Assembly (NCBI RefSeq): GCF_006345805.1
Contig: NC_043004.1
Span: 6,014,001-6,078,000, forward strand
Direction: 5' to 3'
DNA length: 64,000 nucleotides
DNA from: Octopus sinensis
Taxonomy: Eukaryota
The notes below the pieces were generated by a model, which made no database searches, was not told the origin of the DNA, and saw only the letters and a list, made by a program, of their open reading frames with translations. This document shows, piece by piece, positions 1 through 12,692 of this stretch. Every line of letters begins with the position of its first letter. The first letter of the stretch is position 1. The position numbers and the translations under genes were made by a program.

Positions 1-94
1 GAACTGGATAAAAAAATTATATTGATTACAGCAAATTGAAAAGCAATATAATCTTGTTAAATTATGAAACTATTGTTTCCAACCAATAAGTCTT

Positions 95-298
95 TCTAAT
101 TTTGTCACAGAGCCAGCAGTTATGAGGGGAGGGGGCAAATCGATTACATCAACCCCAGTATTTGATTGGTACTTTAATTTATGAACCCCCAACCAAAAGA
201 ATGGAAGGCAAAGTTGATCTCTGCAGGATTTGAACTCAGAATGTATAAAGTCAGAAGAAATGCAGTTTAGCATTTGGTTCAAGGGGCTAACAATTCTA
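95..298 (-). mobile_element. tRNA-headed SINE family B (OR-like)
   Basis: Reverse complement of the gagttcaaat...gactttgcctttcatcc...gataaaataagtacc motif set. Confidence 0.65.
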
Positions 299-711
299 AG
301 ACACACACACACATATGTGTGTGTGAACATGTACTAAATGTTTAACTAAATTTGCTGACTAGCTAGTCTAATAGTCCTCTGACTAAAGATGTTTTAAATA
401 CAAGTGCTTTTGTACCTGTGATGTAACTATGAAGAGTTAATTACTGGACTGATTAGTTAGGTATGTAATTATGACTCATTAAGTTTATTCTTTTTCTCTT
501 TAACAATTTGGCCTGGAGTAAGAGGCTGTGCACATGGCCTTTGTAAGTCCTCTCAGACCTCTGAGATCAATGGGGTTGATGTTCTTTTTAAACAAATTGA
601 TGATTCCAGAAAAAAGCATGGTTGGGAGTGGAGTAGAGAGGGCATTCCAGATGTCTGACATTCTTCTTGCTATCACACTAAATAATTAAAATTCTATGAA
701 TAGATTTTCTT

Positions 712-1012
712 GGCATAAGCATGGCTGAGTGGTTAAGCTCACTTTGCAACCATTTGATTCTGGGTTCAGTCCCACTGTGAGGCATTTTGAGCAAGTGTCT
801 TTTATAATAGCCCTGGGTCAACCAATGCTCTGTGAGTGAATTTGGTAGACAGAAACTGTATGGAAGCCCATTGTGTGTGTTACCTATCACTGCCACACAA
901 GTGTTGGTTTGTTTATGTTCCTCATATCTTAGCAGTTCAGCAAAAAGGAACCAACAGAATAGGTGCCAGATTTTAAAACATAAGTACTGGGGTTAATTTG
1001 TTCAATTAAAAT
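712..1012 (+). mobile_element. tRNA-headed SINE family A (octopus OK-like), old copy
   Basis: ggctgagtggttaag...gggttcagtcccactg...gagcaagtgtct; matches other family A copies. Confidence 0.7.
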
Positions 1013-1366
1013 CTGCACAGCAGGATTGAATTCAAGACTACATAGATGGGAAGCAAGCTTCTCAGCCACAAACCCACAATAAAATCAACAGATCTTTTAT
1101 TATGGATGTTTAGAATGTTCTCATTGTAGAAATGCTAATGAATGGCTATAAACGAGTGAGTCAACAATTTTAACTTTTTATACATTCCTACCATTTGGTT
1201 CTGGCCATTGCTTTACTTAATTATAATATGTAGCACTACTGAAGATGGAAATGTAATTGTCAGTAACAGTCTAAGCACTGGTGTGGTTGTGAGGATACAG
1301 AGTTCACTTTATTATGTGCTCTCAAGTTCTATCGCATTGTGAGGTACTTTGGACAAGTATCTTCTA

Positions 1367-2652
1367 TTAGGTTATCCCATAAGTAATGTAGTTTTTTAAT
1401 ACTTCTTTTATTTTTCAAAATTAAGATAAAGTTTCTTTTTTTTATGTAAAATATAGTCTCCTTCATTTTCTACAATGCTCTTCCATCTATCTAGTAGACT
1501 TGCAAGGCCACTCTTCCAAAATTCACTTGTTCGTGATGGAAAATACTCCTCCAGTACTGTTCTCACCTCATCTACAGAATTCATGTTTTTTCTGTCCCAA
1601 TGATTTTGAAAACTGCAAAATAAATGATAATCAGATGGGGCAATGTCCGGTGAATATGGTGGGTGGGGCATTGTTTCCTATTCAAGCTGCTCCAGTCTTT
1701 CGAATGTCATCTTTGCTGTATGTGGCCATGCATTATCCTGATGGAAGAACACCTTTCATCTTGAAACCAAAAATAGTCATTTTTCTTCTAGCACTGACTT
1801 AAGCCACTCAAGCAGCTCATAGTAGATCTCCTTTGTTATTATTTGGTTTGGGCTTAAAAGTTCAAAATGGACTAAATCTTTCATATGCCACCAAACAGAT
1901 AACAACACTTTATGTGGGTGAAGACCTTCTTTAGCCTGGGGTGCTGGTGTTTCTCCTTTCCTTACCCACTGTTTTCAATGCTTGACATTTTTATAGAGAA
2001 CCCATTTCTCTTCATCAGTCACTATTTGGTCAAAAAATTGTTCATTCATGAGATGTGACAGCAAAGAAGAAGAGTACACATTCACTCTCTGTGCACAATT
2101 ACACTCAGAAAGTTTGTGAGGAACCCATTGACACAATTTGCTGACTTTTCCAATGGCACGTAGATGTCAATGAATGACTGAATGACCAAATCTAAGCTTC
2201 CCTGCTAGTTCCTCAACAGTTATGGGATTTTATTCCACCAAGGTTTGCAGGATGTCCTCGTCAAGCTCTTTAAATCTTCCAGGATGAGACTTGTCTTCTA
2301 GGCTGTAGTCTCTGGCTCGTTATTTCTGGAACCACCGTTGACACTTGCTTATGCTTATTGTCCGATCCCCATATACTGTATTATTATTCCTCACTCCATC
2401 TGTTGCGTTGTTGCCTTTATTGAACTCATAAAGCAAAATACTCTGAAAATGCTCCTTTGCCACTCCATTATAGCTTTGAAAAAATAACTGTTAAAATCGA
2501 ACTGCACTCTTCAAAACTTGCACTAAGAATAAGTACAAGGTAAAATTACTATCTGCTGTTAAAGCAAGTTGATGCAGGTAGTTTATCCTGTCCCCCTCTA
2601 ACTTTTAGTTCATGCAATTGAAAAAAACCACATTATTTATGGGATGACCAAA
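1367..2652 (-). mobile_element. Full-length (1286 bp) mariner transposon, decayed
   Basis: ~30-bp TIRs (ttaggttatcccataagtaatgtagttttt / rc tttggtcatcccataaataatgtggttttt); TA duplicated at 1365-66 and 2653-54. Confidence 0.92.
1443..2468 (-). pseudogene. Mariner transposase pseudogene (DD34D-type)
   Basis: Minus-strand translation with stops and frameshifts gives MEW..EHF..ILLYEFNKG, WVPHKL, TDEEKW, HPPYSPDIAPSDYHLF, RWKSIVENEGDY. Confidence 0.92.
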
Positions 2653-3089
2653 TACTTCAGCTTCAGGTTGGCCAATGCCTTATAACTGAAAGTGTTGGAC
2701 AGAAACGGTATGGATGCCTAATGTATGTTTAAATATATAGTTTTAATATAGCTATACATATATATATGTCAGAGTTTTAATATAGCTAATCACACACACA
2801 CACACACACATATATAGTCATTGAAAGTTCACTTTTCCATGGGTCAGACAGAATATGCTGAAGCAGATTTTCTGTAGCTAGATGCTCTTCCTGTTGTTGC
2901 TCCTTGTTGTTTCCTTGCAAGGTTGCATTTCTTCATGGCTAGACATGTTTTTCACAGAAGACAAAAGGAATAATCTCACTTGTATAACAATGATACTCAT
3001 TTGCAACCATCACATGATGTCTATACAAGGGTACACTCAACCACGTGCACACACACACACCCATGTATAGTTATATATATGTATGCATA

Positions 3090-3395
3090 TCACGTGATCA
3101 CTGTGACTGACCAGTCTTCAGATGTTGCTACGCATCGCTGGTCACAATGTGCTTTGCATTGTTTTAGCCTTCGAATGATGCCACCCTGCTGGCTAAGCGA
3201 GCAAGCCAACAGAAGAAAGAGTGAGAAAAAGTTGTGGTGAAAGAGTACAGCTAGGGATCACCACCACCCCCTGTCAGAGCCTCGTGGAGCTTTTAGGTGT
3301 TTTCACTCAAACACAACGCCCGGTCTGGGAATCGAAACTGCGATCCTACGACCGCGAGTGCACTGCCCTAACCACTGTGCCATTGCACCTCCACA
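3090..3395 (-). mobile_element. tRNA-headed SINE family D
   Basis: Minus strand gtggaggtgcaatggcacagtggttagg...gtttcgattcc; tail ..cacattgtgaccagcgatg shared with 58590-58860. Confidence 0.65.
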
Positions 3396-3399
3396 TGTA

Positions 3400-3439
<40 letters not shown>

Positions 3440-4117
3440 GTAATGTGTGTAAATATATAATGCATAAACAGAGCCTGAAAGATTGCTTTAAAATACATAG
3501 TATATTTTATAAATATGCCTGTTCAAGTATCATAATAACATGAATCTATTAATAGCTCTTTTGGTTGTGTATTTAATTTGATATGTATAGGGTTTATTTC
3601 AGTTTCATTCTAACAAATCCACTCACAATACTTTGGTTGGCCCAGGGCTTTAGTAGAAAATGGACATTAAAACAACCAAATGTACAAATTTCTTAGACAA
3701 ACTCATTTATCTTTTGGAAAGATTATTAGTTTGAAAAAATTTCTTGTTAAGTAATTTATACATTAGCATCTTCACTATTAATTTAATCTTCTGATTTCTC
3801 CCCACCCCTACCCTTGTGTTGAATATATTGATTTTTTAGTTATGAAATATGGATGTTAATGAGTCTGATTGAATATAAATATTTAAAACTTAATGAGAAT
3901 CAGCTCAGTTATTTTGTTTTGTTTTAGATAAAAATTTTCATTGATAAACGTCTCCTTGAAAATCAGTCGTCATAATATCAAACTAGTTGCTAGTTTTTGT
4001 AAAGGGGTAACAATTATGAAATGGATAAATATTAACCCTTTTGTTAACAGATTTCTTTTGGAATACACTGCTTTTGTTTCAATTAATTTTGAAAATGAAG
4101 AAAAATTTAGTGGGGTA

Positions 4118-4436
4118 AGTGTCATCTATAACCTCAGGTCAACCAAAACCTTGTGAGTAGATTTGGTAGACTGAAACTGAAAGAATCCTGGTGTGTGTAT
4201 GTATTTATATATATATATATGTGTGTGTCCGTGTTCATCCCCCACCACTGCTTGACAACTCATGTTTGTTTATTTATGTCTCCATAACATAGCAGTTTGA
4301 CAAAAGATACCAATAGAATAAGTATGAGGCTTAAACTAAAAAGTACTGGGGTCAATTTATTCGACTAAAATATTCTTCTAGGCTGTGCACCAGCATGGCC
4401 ACAGTCTAATGATTCAAACAAGTAAAAGGTAAAAGA
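4118..4436 (+). mobile_element. SINE family A, 5'-truncated
   Basis: ccttgtgagtagatttggtagac...ccagcatggccacagtc..aaacaagtaaaag. Confidence 0.75.
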
Positions 4437-7054
4437 TGGCATAAAATTTTGATGGAAGATTTTAATTTAGATGATTTTAAAACAAGTATTTTATATCATA
4501 GAACCAAGAGTAGGTTGTTTCAAAAGGGCTAAACGACCTGCTTTACTGATTACAAAAAAAAAACATAATTTCCATTCTCATTAAAACATTCTTAAAAACA
4601 GCTCATACAAGTTTCAAAATCTCTCTCTCTCTTACATACGCATGCATATTCAGAGAAACCAATAGTAATTTAGAGCTCTGTATCTAAAGAAGATTTAGAT
4701 CAGAGAGTAGTTATGTACTGAAAATATAATTATGAGAACTAATGTGTGAAAAATTATAAATATCAAAACTGGGACACTGCTTTTCTTTTTTTTTTTTCAT
4801 TGGATTGTGACTCTGCCTTCACGGGTTCTATTTCATTATACCGACTCTAGTATTTTGTTTTGTACTTATTTGCTCTATTGAACTTGTAAAGTCAAAATCT
4901 ACCATGGTATAAAGGTATGTAACTAGAATTAGATGAGTTATTTTTGTTCAATGTACCAATGTTTATATACTCAACAAGATTTTACTCTGCACCCATCATT
5001 GAAACTCACTCACAGAAGGTAATCTCAAGATTATCACCAATTGTTGATGTTTAGCTCAACTGGTGATCTTCAAGTCAATAAGGCAATCTGTATGTGATTG
5101 CTTGGCAGACAAAAATGGCAAGTAAATATCCTTCAAATTAAACCCTGCCATTTTTAAAATGAGGAATGCCACATTGGATAATGTAGTTAATCCTTCATAC
5201 AGTGTGCCTGAAAATAATATGGGATGGTCATGGCTGGAATACTTTTGATTATAGGTCTGTTCAATCAAGTCCAATCTGGAGCAGTAACTGGAGATTATCT
5301 TCTGTGAGTGAGCTTTGTAGATGGGAATTGTGACAAATTTCATATATATATAGACATCAAATTAATGAGCAAAAATTTCTCCTCTTGTTGCATTTTTGTT
5401 ACATCCCTTCATGTCCCTGTAGATTTCAACTTTACATATTCAATAAACCAAGTACAAATGGTCTTGTTTATCACTGATTTATTCATCACTAATCTGGGAT
5501 AATATAGTATGCTCAATTGCAAACCATGTTGTGCTCATCACAGATTGAGCTGTGATAACTTGGGTTGGCTATCAATCAGATTCAGCTTGTGCCCTAAAAA
5601 TGCACCCTAACAACCACTCACAATGCTGTTACCTAGAACACACTGATTATCACTTGTATTTGCATGATTGCGCTGCAAAGCTGAACATTTTTTTAATATG
5701 GGTTTACATACTTGTACCCTTCAATGTGGGACTTGTGAACAGAAAAAAATACAAAGGCACCTTATCCTAACAAATGATGCAGATGGGTGTATTCTTTTGG
5801 GAAAAGGTAGAAATGAAGGAAAAATATATGATGGTAGAAGCTTTGCTGTTGTCTATGGGCTGCAGGTTTGGAGTCAATGAATTTACCATTCATTCCATTT
5901 ACAAAGTGTGTGGAAATGATTCATATATTACTATGTTTTTTTTTTCTGGAACCAAACTCCTGTGATAAATTAGGACAGATATAGAAGATTAAATATGAGG
6001 CTTAATATAGAACCCTTGAAAGCACTGCCTTAGTATGGTCACTGTACAAGGAATAAAATAGAAAAGTAGTGTCTCAATTTTAATTTTTTAGTCTTGCAAA
6101 ATACTTGGTGACCTTGTTGGTGTCATGTAAAAGGCACTGATGCTGGTGTCACATAAAAAGCACCCAGTACACTCTGTAGAGTGGTTGGTGTTAGCAAGGG
6201 CATCCTTTTGTAGTAACCATGCCAAAACAGACCATGGAACCCAATGTGGCTCCTGACCATATCAGCTCCTGTCAAACCATCCAACCCATACCGGCAAAGA
6301 AAATGGACATTAAATGATGATCATGATGACAACGATTTGGTCCAATGTTTTCAGTATATAAGTACTCGCTGATCTAAATCTTCTTCAGATACAGAGCTCT
6401 AAATTAATATTGTTTTTTTTCTCACTAAATGTAATTTTGTGTGGGTGTGATTTTGAAATTTGTATGAGTTGTTTTGAGATTAAGTTTTAATGAATATGAA
6501 AATTATATTTTGTTTGAAATCAGTAATGCAAGTATTTAATATTTATCCTTTTCATAATTTTTTTATTTTTCTGCGACAATTAATATCAAACTAGTTTGAT
6601 ATTATAATAACTGATTACAATTCTTGAAAAAAAAGAAAAAAATTCCCTGATTAACTGGAATGATTGGATTACTGCTGCTTCTACTTTAAAATGGTTTATT
6701 CACATATAAAATTGGTTCAATGTGTAAAATGTCATCTTATAAAGCTTTTTTTAAATAGAATTTGAATGGATTATTTGAATTACTATTCTTTAAATCTTTC
6801 CTGAGCTCTTCTAAAAAATTCTATTTTTTAAGCTAATCTTGCATAAAAATGATTTAGTTTTCTACATGTTTTTTCAGAACTAAAATTTTGTAAAAAAAAA
6901 AAAAAAAAAAAAAATCTATAAAAACCAAGCAAAACTCAGTATTCTGCATTATAGATTTTAATCTTCTAACATGCCTTAGTTCTCTTAATGTTAAGATATA
7001 ACTCCAGTGCTTATAAAGTCATATCATGGCAGGCATCATCAGCATTGTTTTAAT

Positions 7055-7470
7055 GGCTCTCTGGTTTCAAAGCTTGCTTTCCAACAATGTGATCTTAAGT
7101 TCAGTCTTATTACATGACACCATAGGCAGGTACTTTCTGCTATATTCCTGGGCCAACCAAAAGCTTTTCTGTAGATTTGGTAAATGGAAATTGGGAGAAG
7201 TTTGTCACATATGATGTATGTATATATACGTGTTTGTGTGTACTCTTGTCTAGATATCACATGATGGTCACAAATGAGTATCATTGTCCTATAAGCAAAG
7301 TCGCTCATTTCCTTCTTCCATAAAAAACTTATCTATTTGTGACTAAATATTACCTTGCTTGGAAATAGGTGAGGTTTGGCAACAGGAAGAGCACCCAACT
7401 GTAGAGAATTTCCCTCAATAAATTCCATCTGACCCATGCAAGCATGGAAAAGTGAATTTTAAATGATGAT
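7055..7470 (+). mobile_element. Family A head with alternative body and RTE-type (GAT)n tail
   Basis: Family A 5' half, then cttgtctagatatcacatgatgg...ggaagagcacccaactgtagag...acccatgcaagcatggaaaagtg..aaatgatgatg. Confidence 0.6.
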
Positions 7471-9157
7471 GGCTTATAAAAATACCCATTACATTCTTGG
7501 AGTGGTTGGCATTAGGAAGGGCATCCAGCTGTAGAAAACCATGCCAAATCAGACTGGATCCTGGCACAGCCTTCCTGTGTGCCAGCCCAGCCAAACCGTC
7601 CAACCCATGCCAGCATGGACAACGGATGTTAAATGATGATTTTTCTATGCTTGCATAGGTCAGACTCATGGAGCAATATCAGGTAAAATTGGTCGGTAAT
7701 AATTGTGACAAAAAATAGATAAAATATTTTACTGATACTTGTATATATGTGCTTGTATGTATGTCTGTATTTGTCCCCACCCCATCAAACCACCTGACAA
7801 CTGATGTTGATTTGTTTGCATCCCCATAACTTAACAGTTTGGCCTAAGAGACTGATAGAATATGTACTAGTAAGTACATATTCTAACAAAGTAAGTACTG
7901 GGATTGATTTGTTTGACTAAACCCTTCATGGTGCTTCAGCATGGCCACAGCCCATTGACTGAAACAAGTAAAAGGAAAAGGTTATTTCTTATGTTTCTCA
8001 TGCAGTCTTTTAGATTTCATTAAATAAATAATACTCAATCATAAGGAAAATCCTTTCACACGGTCACTGATAAATTATTTTGTCAGAGAATCTATTTTAA
8101 ATTGTGTGGATATTTCTTTGTTTATCTTCCATTACATTGACGTTCTTTAGAAGTGACTACTTCTAAAAATAACATTCATGTCCAGTTCTATATATGATCA
8201 TTCCAACAGACATCTATGGTTGATCTGATTTGCAAACTTTCCAATGAATAACAAATACAATGATTTTGGAACTTATCTGAGCAGGATTATTGCAGATCAA
8301 CAAAACAATATTCAAAATAATTCTTGCAATTCATTATCTCTCAAGACTTTTTCATTTGTCAGACAATACAGTCTGTGCATATATTTCTTCAGATTTTTTT
8401 TTTTTGATATTTTACTTCATAACTTTTAACATATTTTGTATTTCAAGCTAAAATATATATATATATATATATTGGCCTCTTCATATCCCACTGTATCTCA
8501 GCCTCTGTAATCTAAAATCAGGATTTTCTTTAAAGTAATTATTTCCTCATAACTTTCTGCTTGCTCAATTAAGCAGTGAATTATGTTCGACCATTGAAAT
8601 TTTCATGTTGCAATTTTGAAATTCTAATTAACATTTATTATAATTTGAACTACCATATTTATTCTGAACTTCCATCTCTGTATGTGAATATGAATCAGAG
8701 ATGGTATAAAGCTTTCAGCAATGGTACGCATTGTTCATGTTCTGCCCATCAGTAAATATAGGCTGTCAGATATAATAATAGTGGGACAAAAAGTATATAA
8801 TTGAGGCTATTAAATAGTTAAGACTACCAACTTAAAGGTTATAAGTTCAAAAGTTAACATTCCATTATGGTTTAATGTTTTCTTCATTATTTTATATGCT
8901 ATACTCAACCTTACTAAAAATCAGTCACATCCATTTTACAGTTGAGCAATTAACATTTGAAAAAAAATCTAACTGTAAAATAGCTTTTTTTCTAATTAAA
9001 CTTAGAGACTCCTAGCTATAAATTTCAGAATTAAATACACACACATGTTTCTTTTAGAAAAACAAATCTAGAGAATCACACTCTCAGAAGTAGTCTATAT
9101 TACTGGTGAAGGCCAGTTTATAAACCGGCCTCCACCAGTAATTAGCATATAATTATA

Positions 9158-9465
9158 TCATCATCATCATCATCGTTTAACGTCCGTTTTCCGCGCTAGC
9201 ACGGGTTGGACGGTTTCGACCGGGGTCTGGGGAGCCAGGGGCTGCCCCAGGCTCCAGTCTGGTCTGGCAGTGTTTCTACAGCTGGATGCCCTTCCTAACG
9301 CCAACCACTCCGCGAGTGTAGTGGGTGCTTTTTACGTGCCACCTGCACAGGTGCCAGAGGGGTCTGGCATCGGCCACGGTCGGTTGGTGCTTTTTATGTG
9401 CCACCTGCACAGAAGCCAGTCGGGGCGGTGCTGGCATCGGCCACGTTCGGATGGTGCTTTTTATG
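9158..9465 (-). mobile_element. RTE-type 3' tail element (family C), young
   Basis: (CAT)n tail; gctggatgcccttcctaacgccaaccactcc motif; internal ~60-bp repeats; CpGs intact. Confidence 0.8.
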
Positions 9466-9469
9466 TGGG

Positions 9470-9533
9470 GGGGGGGTGCAGAAATATAGGGGAGCACCAG
9501 TGGGGGGGTGCAGAAATATAGGGGAGCACCAGT
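9470..9533. repeat. Tandem duplication, 2 x 32 bp
   Basis: gggggggtgcagaaatataggggagcaccagt twice. Confidence 0.88.
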
Positions 9534-9573
9534 CGGGAGGGGTGGTTCAGAGAAATGATGACAGGTTCTAGGC

Positions 9574-9737
9574 AAGTAGAACGTAGGATATCAAGAGAGG
9601 AGTAATGTATGGTGAAATAGCGTATTGAGGAGGGGGGTTCGAAGAGTAGACACCTAAGTAGAACGTAGGATATCAAGAGAGGAGTAATGTATGGTGAAAT
9701 AGCGTATTGAGGAAGGGGGTTCGAAGAGTAGACACCT
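9574..9737. repeat. Tandem duplication, 2 x 82 bp
   Basis: aagtagaacgtagg...gagtagacacct at 9574 and 9656. Confidence 0.9.
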
Positions 9738-10043
9738 ATAATGGTGGTGGGAGAAGCGACATCCGGTATAGATGGAGCAAAAATATAGAGATATCCGGTA
9801 TTGGTGGTGGGGGTGGGCAGGGTGGGTGCACCGCGAATACGCGAAGGTTGAATATAGACGAGAGAGCGAGACTTGGTCGGGCAGAATTAATAGAGGAGAA
9901 ATTAGATAAAATAGTTAGATAGATAAATAACAACAGATAGAAAAACATGTATGATTGGTCGAGAAGTGAAGTGAAAATAAGCATTCAAACTTATCTGTGC
10001 TCGGGATTATAGCTGCTAGGTGAATGAATGAGAGAGCACATGT

Positions 10044-10087
<44 letters not shown>

Positions 10088-10088
<1 letters not shown>

Positions 10089-10464
10089 ACATTGGACTGC
10101 AGCTGTGCTGGGATACTGCCTCAAAGGGGTTGGTCAGGCAAACTGACCCCCAACATTTGTTTTTTTATATATCTGGTACTTATTATATTGGTCTCTTTTG
10201 GCAAACCACTAAGTTACAGGGACATAAACCAACACTGGTGGTCAAACGGCGAGGACACACACGCATGTGTATTTATGTGTGTGTGTTTGTGTTTATATAA
10301 AGTAGGCTTCCACACAGTTTCATTGTACTAAATTCATTCACAAGGCATTGCTTGGTCTGGACCTTTAGTAGAAGACACTTTCCCAAGGTGCCATGCAGTA
10401 GCACAGAATCTGAAACCACTTAATTGCAAAGTGAGCTTCCTAACCACACAGCCATGTCTGCACC
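10088..10464 (-). mobile_element. SINE family A
   Basis: Reverse complement matches the family A sequence end to end. Confidence 0.75.
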
Positions 10465-10657
10465 TAATCACCTATACAAATATCTTTATTCGTGTTTATA
10501 ATAAACTATTCCCCCATATTTTTGTCATCATCACCATTTAATGCTTGTTTTATCCAACCTGACATTGGTTAGGTAAGTCTCCAACACTCCTTCAATGTCT
10601 TATTTGGTCTACCTTTACAATGAATACCATACTTGATGGTATAAAAGGCATATGGGC

Positions 10658-10698
<41 letters not shown>

Positions 10699-11725
10699 GT
10701 GTGTGCATGTTTCAGCAGTGCGTATTTAGGAAAAAAGTTTATAGTGTATTAAAACATGTAATATTTAGTTGGGAACCTACCTTCACATAAAGGACCCAGA
10801 GTGATCTCTCTCTCTACTTTTCTGGAAAACAAGTGCATCCTATATGCCATCAAATATTGTACTGTCTACAGCTAATATTATCTCTTCCAACATGTAGCAT
10901 TTATTTGGGTTAGGTCTATAAGTGCACATCTACATGCCAATCTTTTCATGATCAATGGCATAATGTTGGGTGTACAGGCCACAGACCAACCACTTTATAT
11001 ACGTATGTTTGCTGTAGTCCTAAGTCTGTTACATTCCAAGAAGAACGTAGCCAATACAGCTACTGCACAGAGTGACCAAGATCTACCCCTGTTCTCAACT
11101 CATTCAAGTTTTTATACAAAAGCTTCCTTCTCCAGCTACTGCAGATCTTCTGTACTTCCCACTTTCATCTCTCTACCATATGACATTGTACAACTTACAA
11201 ATATATATTTGAGTATATATTTTTTTCCAGCAAGAGAGAAACTCTTAGTTGCAAGCAAAGTAACAGATCTCTGAACTTCTTTAATTCATTCTTATCCTAG
11301 ATCATATGCTTTCGTGACAGCTATCTCTGGTGCTAAATATATCACTTAGTTGGCAAGTTACTTTCAGTAAACCACTTACTTCATTTCATAGCTGCTGTTG
11401 TTGCCAAATGTTGTGCACCAAAAGTTTTAGTTCACTGTCAGTCGGAGAGAGAAATCCCTTGCACTTTTTATTTATTTTTTTTTACACTGAGTAAACAATA
11501 TTGAGTTCATACCTATTCTGTTGCTAAATATTAAAGAAACATACAACACACATACATATGCACACACATGCATGTGCATGTGTACACCCACATACCCACA
11601 CACACATGGTTTATTTAAAGCTGAAGCTTCCTTCCATCATTACTCTGAGTTTCATGTCTTTTGTTCTTCTTTTACACAACAATACAGAACAGCCTCAGTT
11701 TTGAATAAAAGAGTGTGTGTATGTA

Positions 11726-11924
11726 TCATATTTGATGGCATATAATATGTTCTTTATTGTCTCAAAAGCAAAAGCATCTTCAAAATTACTCTGGGTCCTA
11801 TATGTGAAGGTGAGCTTCCAACTAAATATTACATTGGTTAATGCACTAATTTTTTCCCCTGAATATGCTGTTGAAATTGGTGTGTGTCTATATGCCCATG
11901 TGGTTTTTATGTCATCAAATGTGT
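11726..11924. mobile_element. Tc2/pogo-like MITE, family copy 1
   Basis: Decayed TIR (c)catatttgatggc.tataa; internal sequence shared with 14318-14504 and 15635-15996. Confidence 0.55.
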
Positions 11925-12093
11925 GTGCACACACACACACACACATATATAAAGTTTTATTTAGTATATTTGTATATATTTCAGTATGCAGGTGTGTTTA
12001 TATATAATGTGTGTGTGTATATATATACATATACATACACTCACACACATTATTTTGATTTGAGTAGGTATATATGTATGTATATTTTTATGA

Positions 12094-12134
<41 letters not shown>

Positions 12135-12410
12135 AGTCTATATTGAAGAGAAAAGAGCTGTGAAAAATGTATTTTCCAATCTTTTATTTTAATTATAATT
12201 TTATAATGTAATTGTTGGCACTACTTTGGTATGTGATCTACTTTATATTGTGATCTACAAGAAGAAAAGTTATACTTATCAAGAACAAGGAAAACACCTG
12301 TATCGTTTTTGAGAGAATGTCTGCTTCATTCTAATTTCTTTTTAATGATAAATGTATAAAAGTTCTATATATTTTAAACTTTTTTAGCTGATGTTTGTTC
12401 GATCTGCCCA

Positions 12411-12692
12411 TCATCATCGTCGTTTAATGTCCGTTTTCCATGCTGGCATGGGTTGGATGGTTTGACTAAGGGCTGGCAAGCCAAAAGGCTGCACCAAGCT
12501 CCAGTCTGATCTGGCAGAGTTTCTACAGCTGGATGCCCTTCCTAACACCAACCACTCCGAGAGTGTAGTGGGTGCATTTTAAGTGCCACCGGCATGGGGG
12601 CCATTCAGACAGTACTGGCATCGACCAAGCTTGAATGGTGCTTTTTATGTGCCGCCAGCATGGGAGCCATTCAGGCAGTACTGGCAACGACC
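12411..12692 (-). mobile_element. Family C RTE-tail element
   Basis: Same motifs. Confidence 0.8.

Noticed and set aside
5056-5343. 95-aa minus-strand ORF as a gene
   Set aside because: No recognisable motif and no linked exons; probably decayed TE.
9707-9984. Gly-rich (+) and Pro-rich (-) ORFs
   Set aside because: By-products of the purine-rich repeat segment; no splice signals or recognisable domain.
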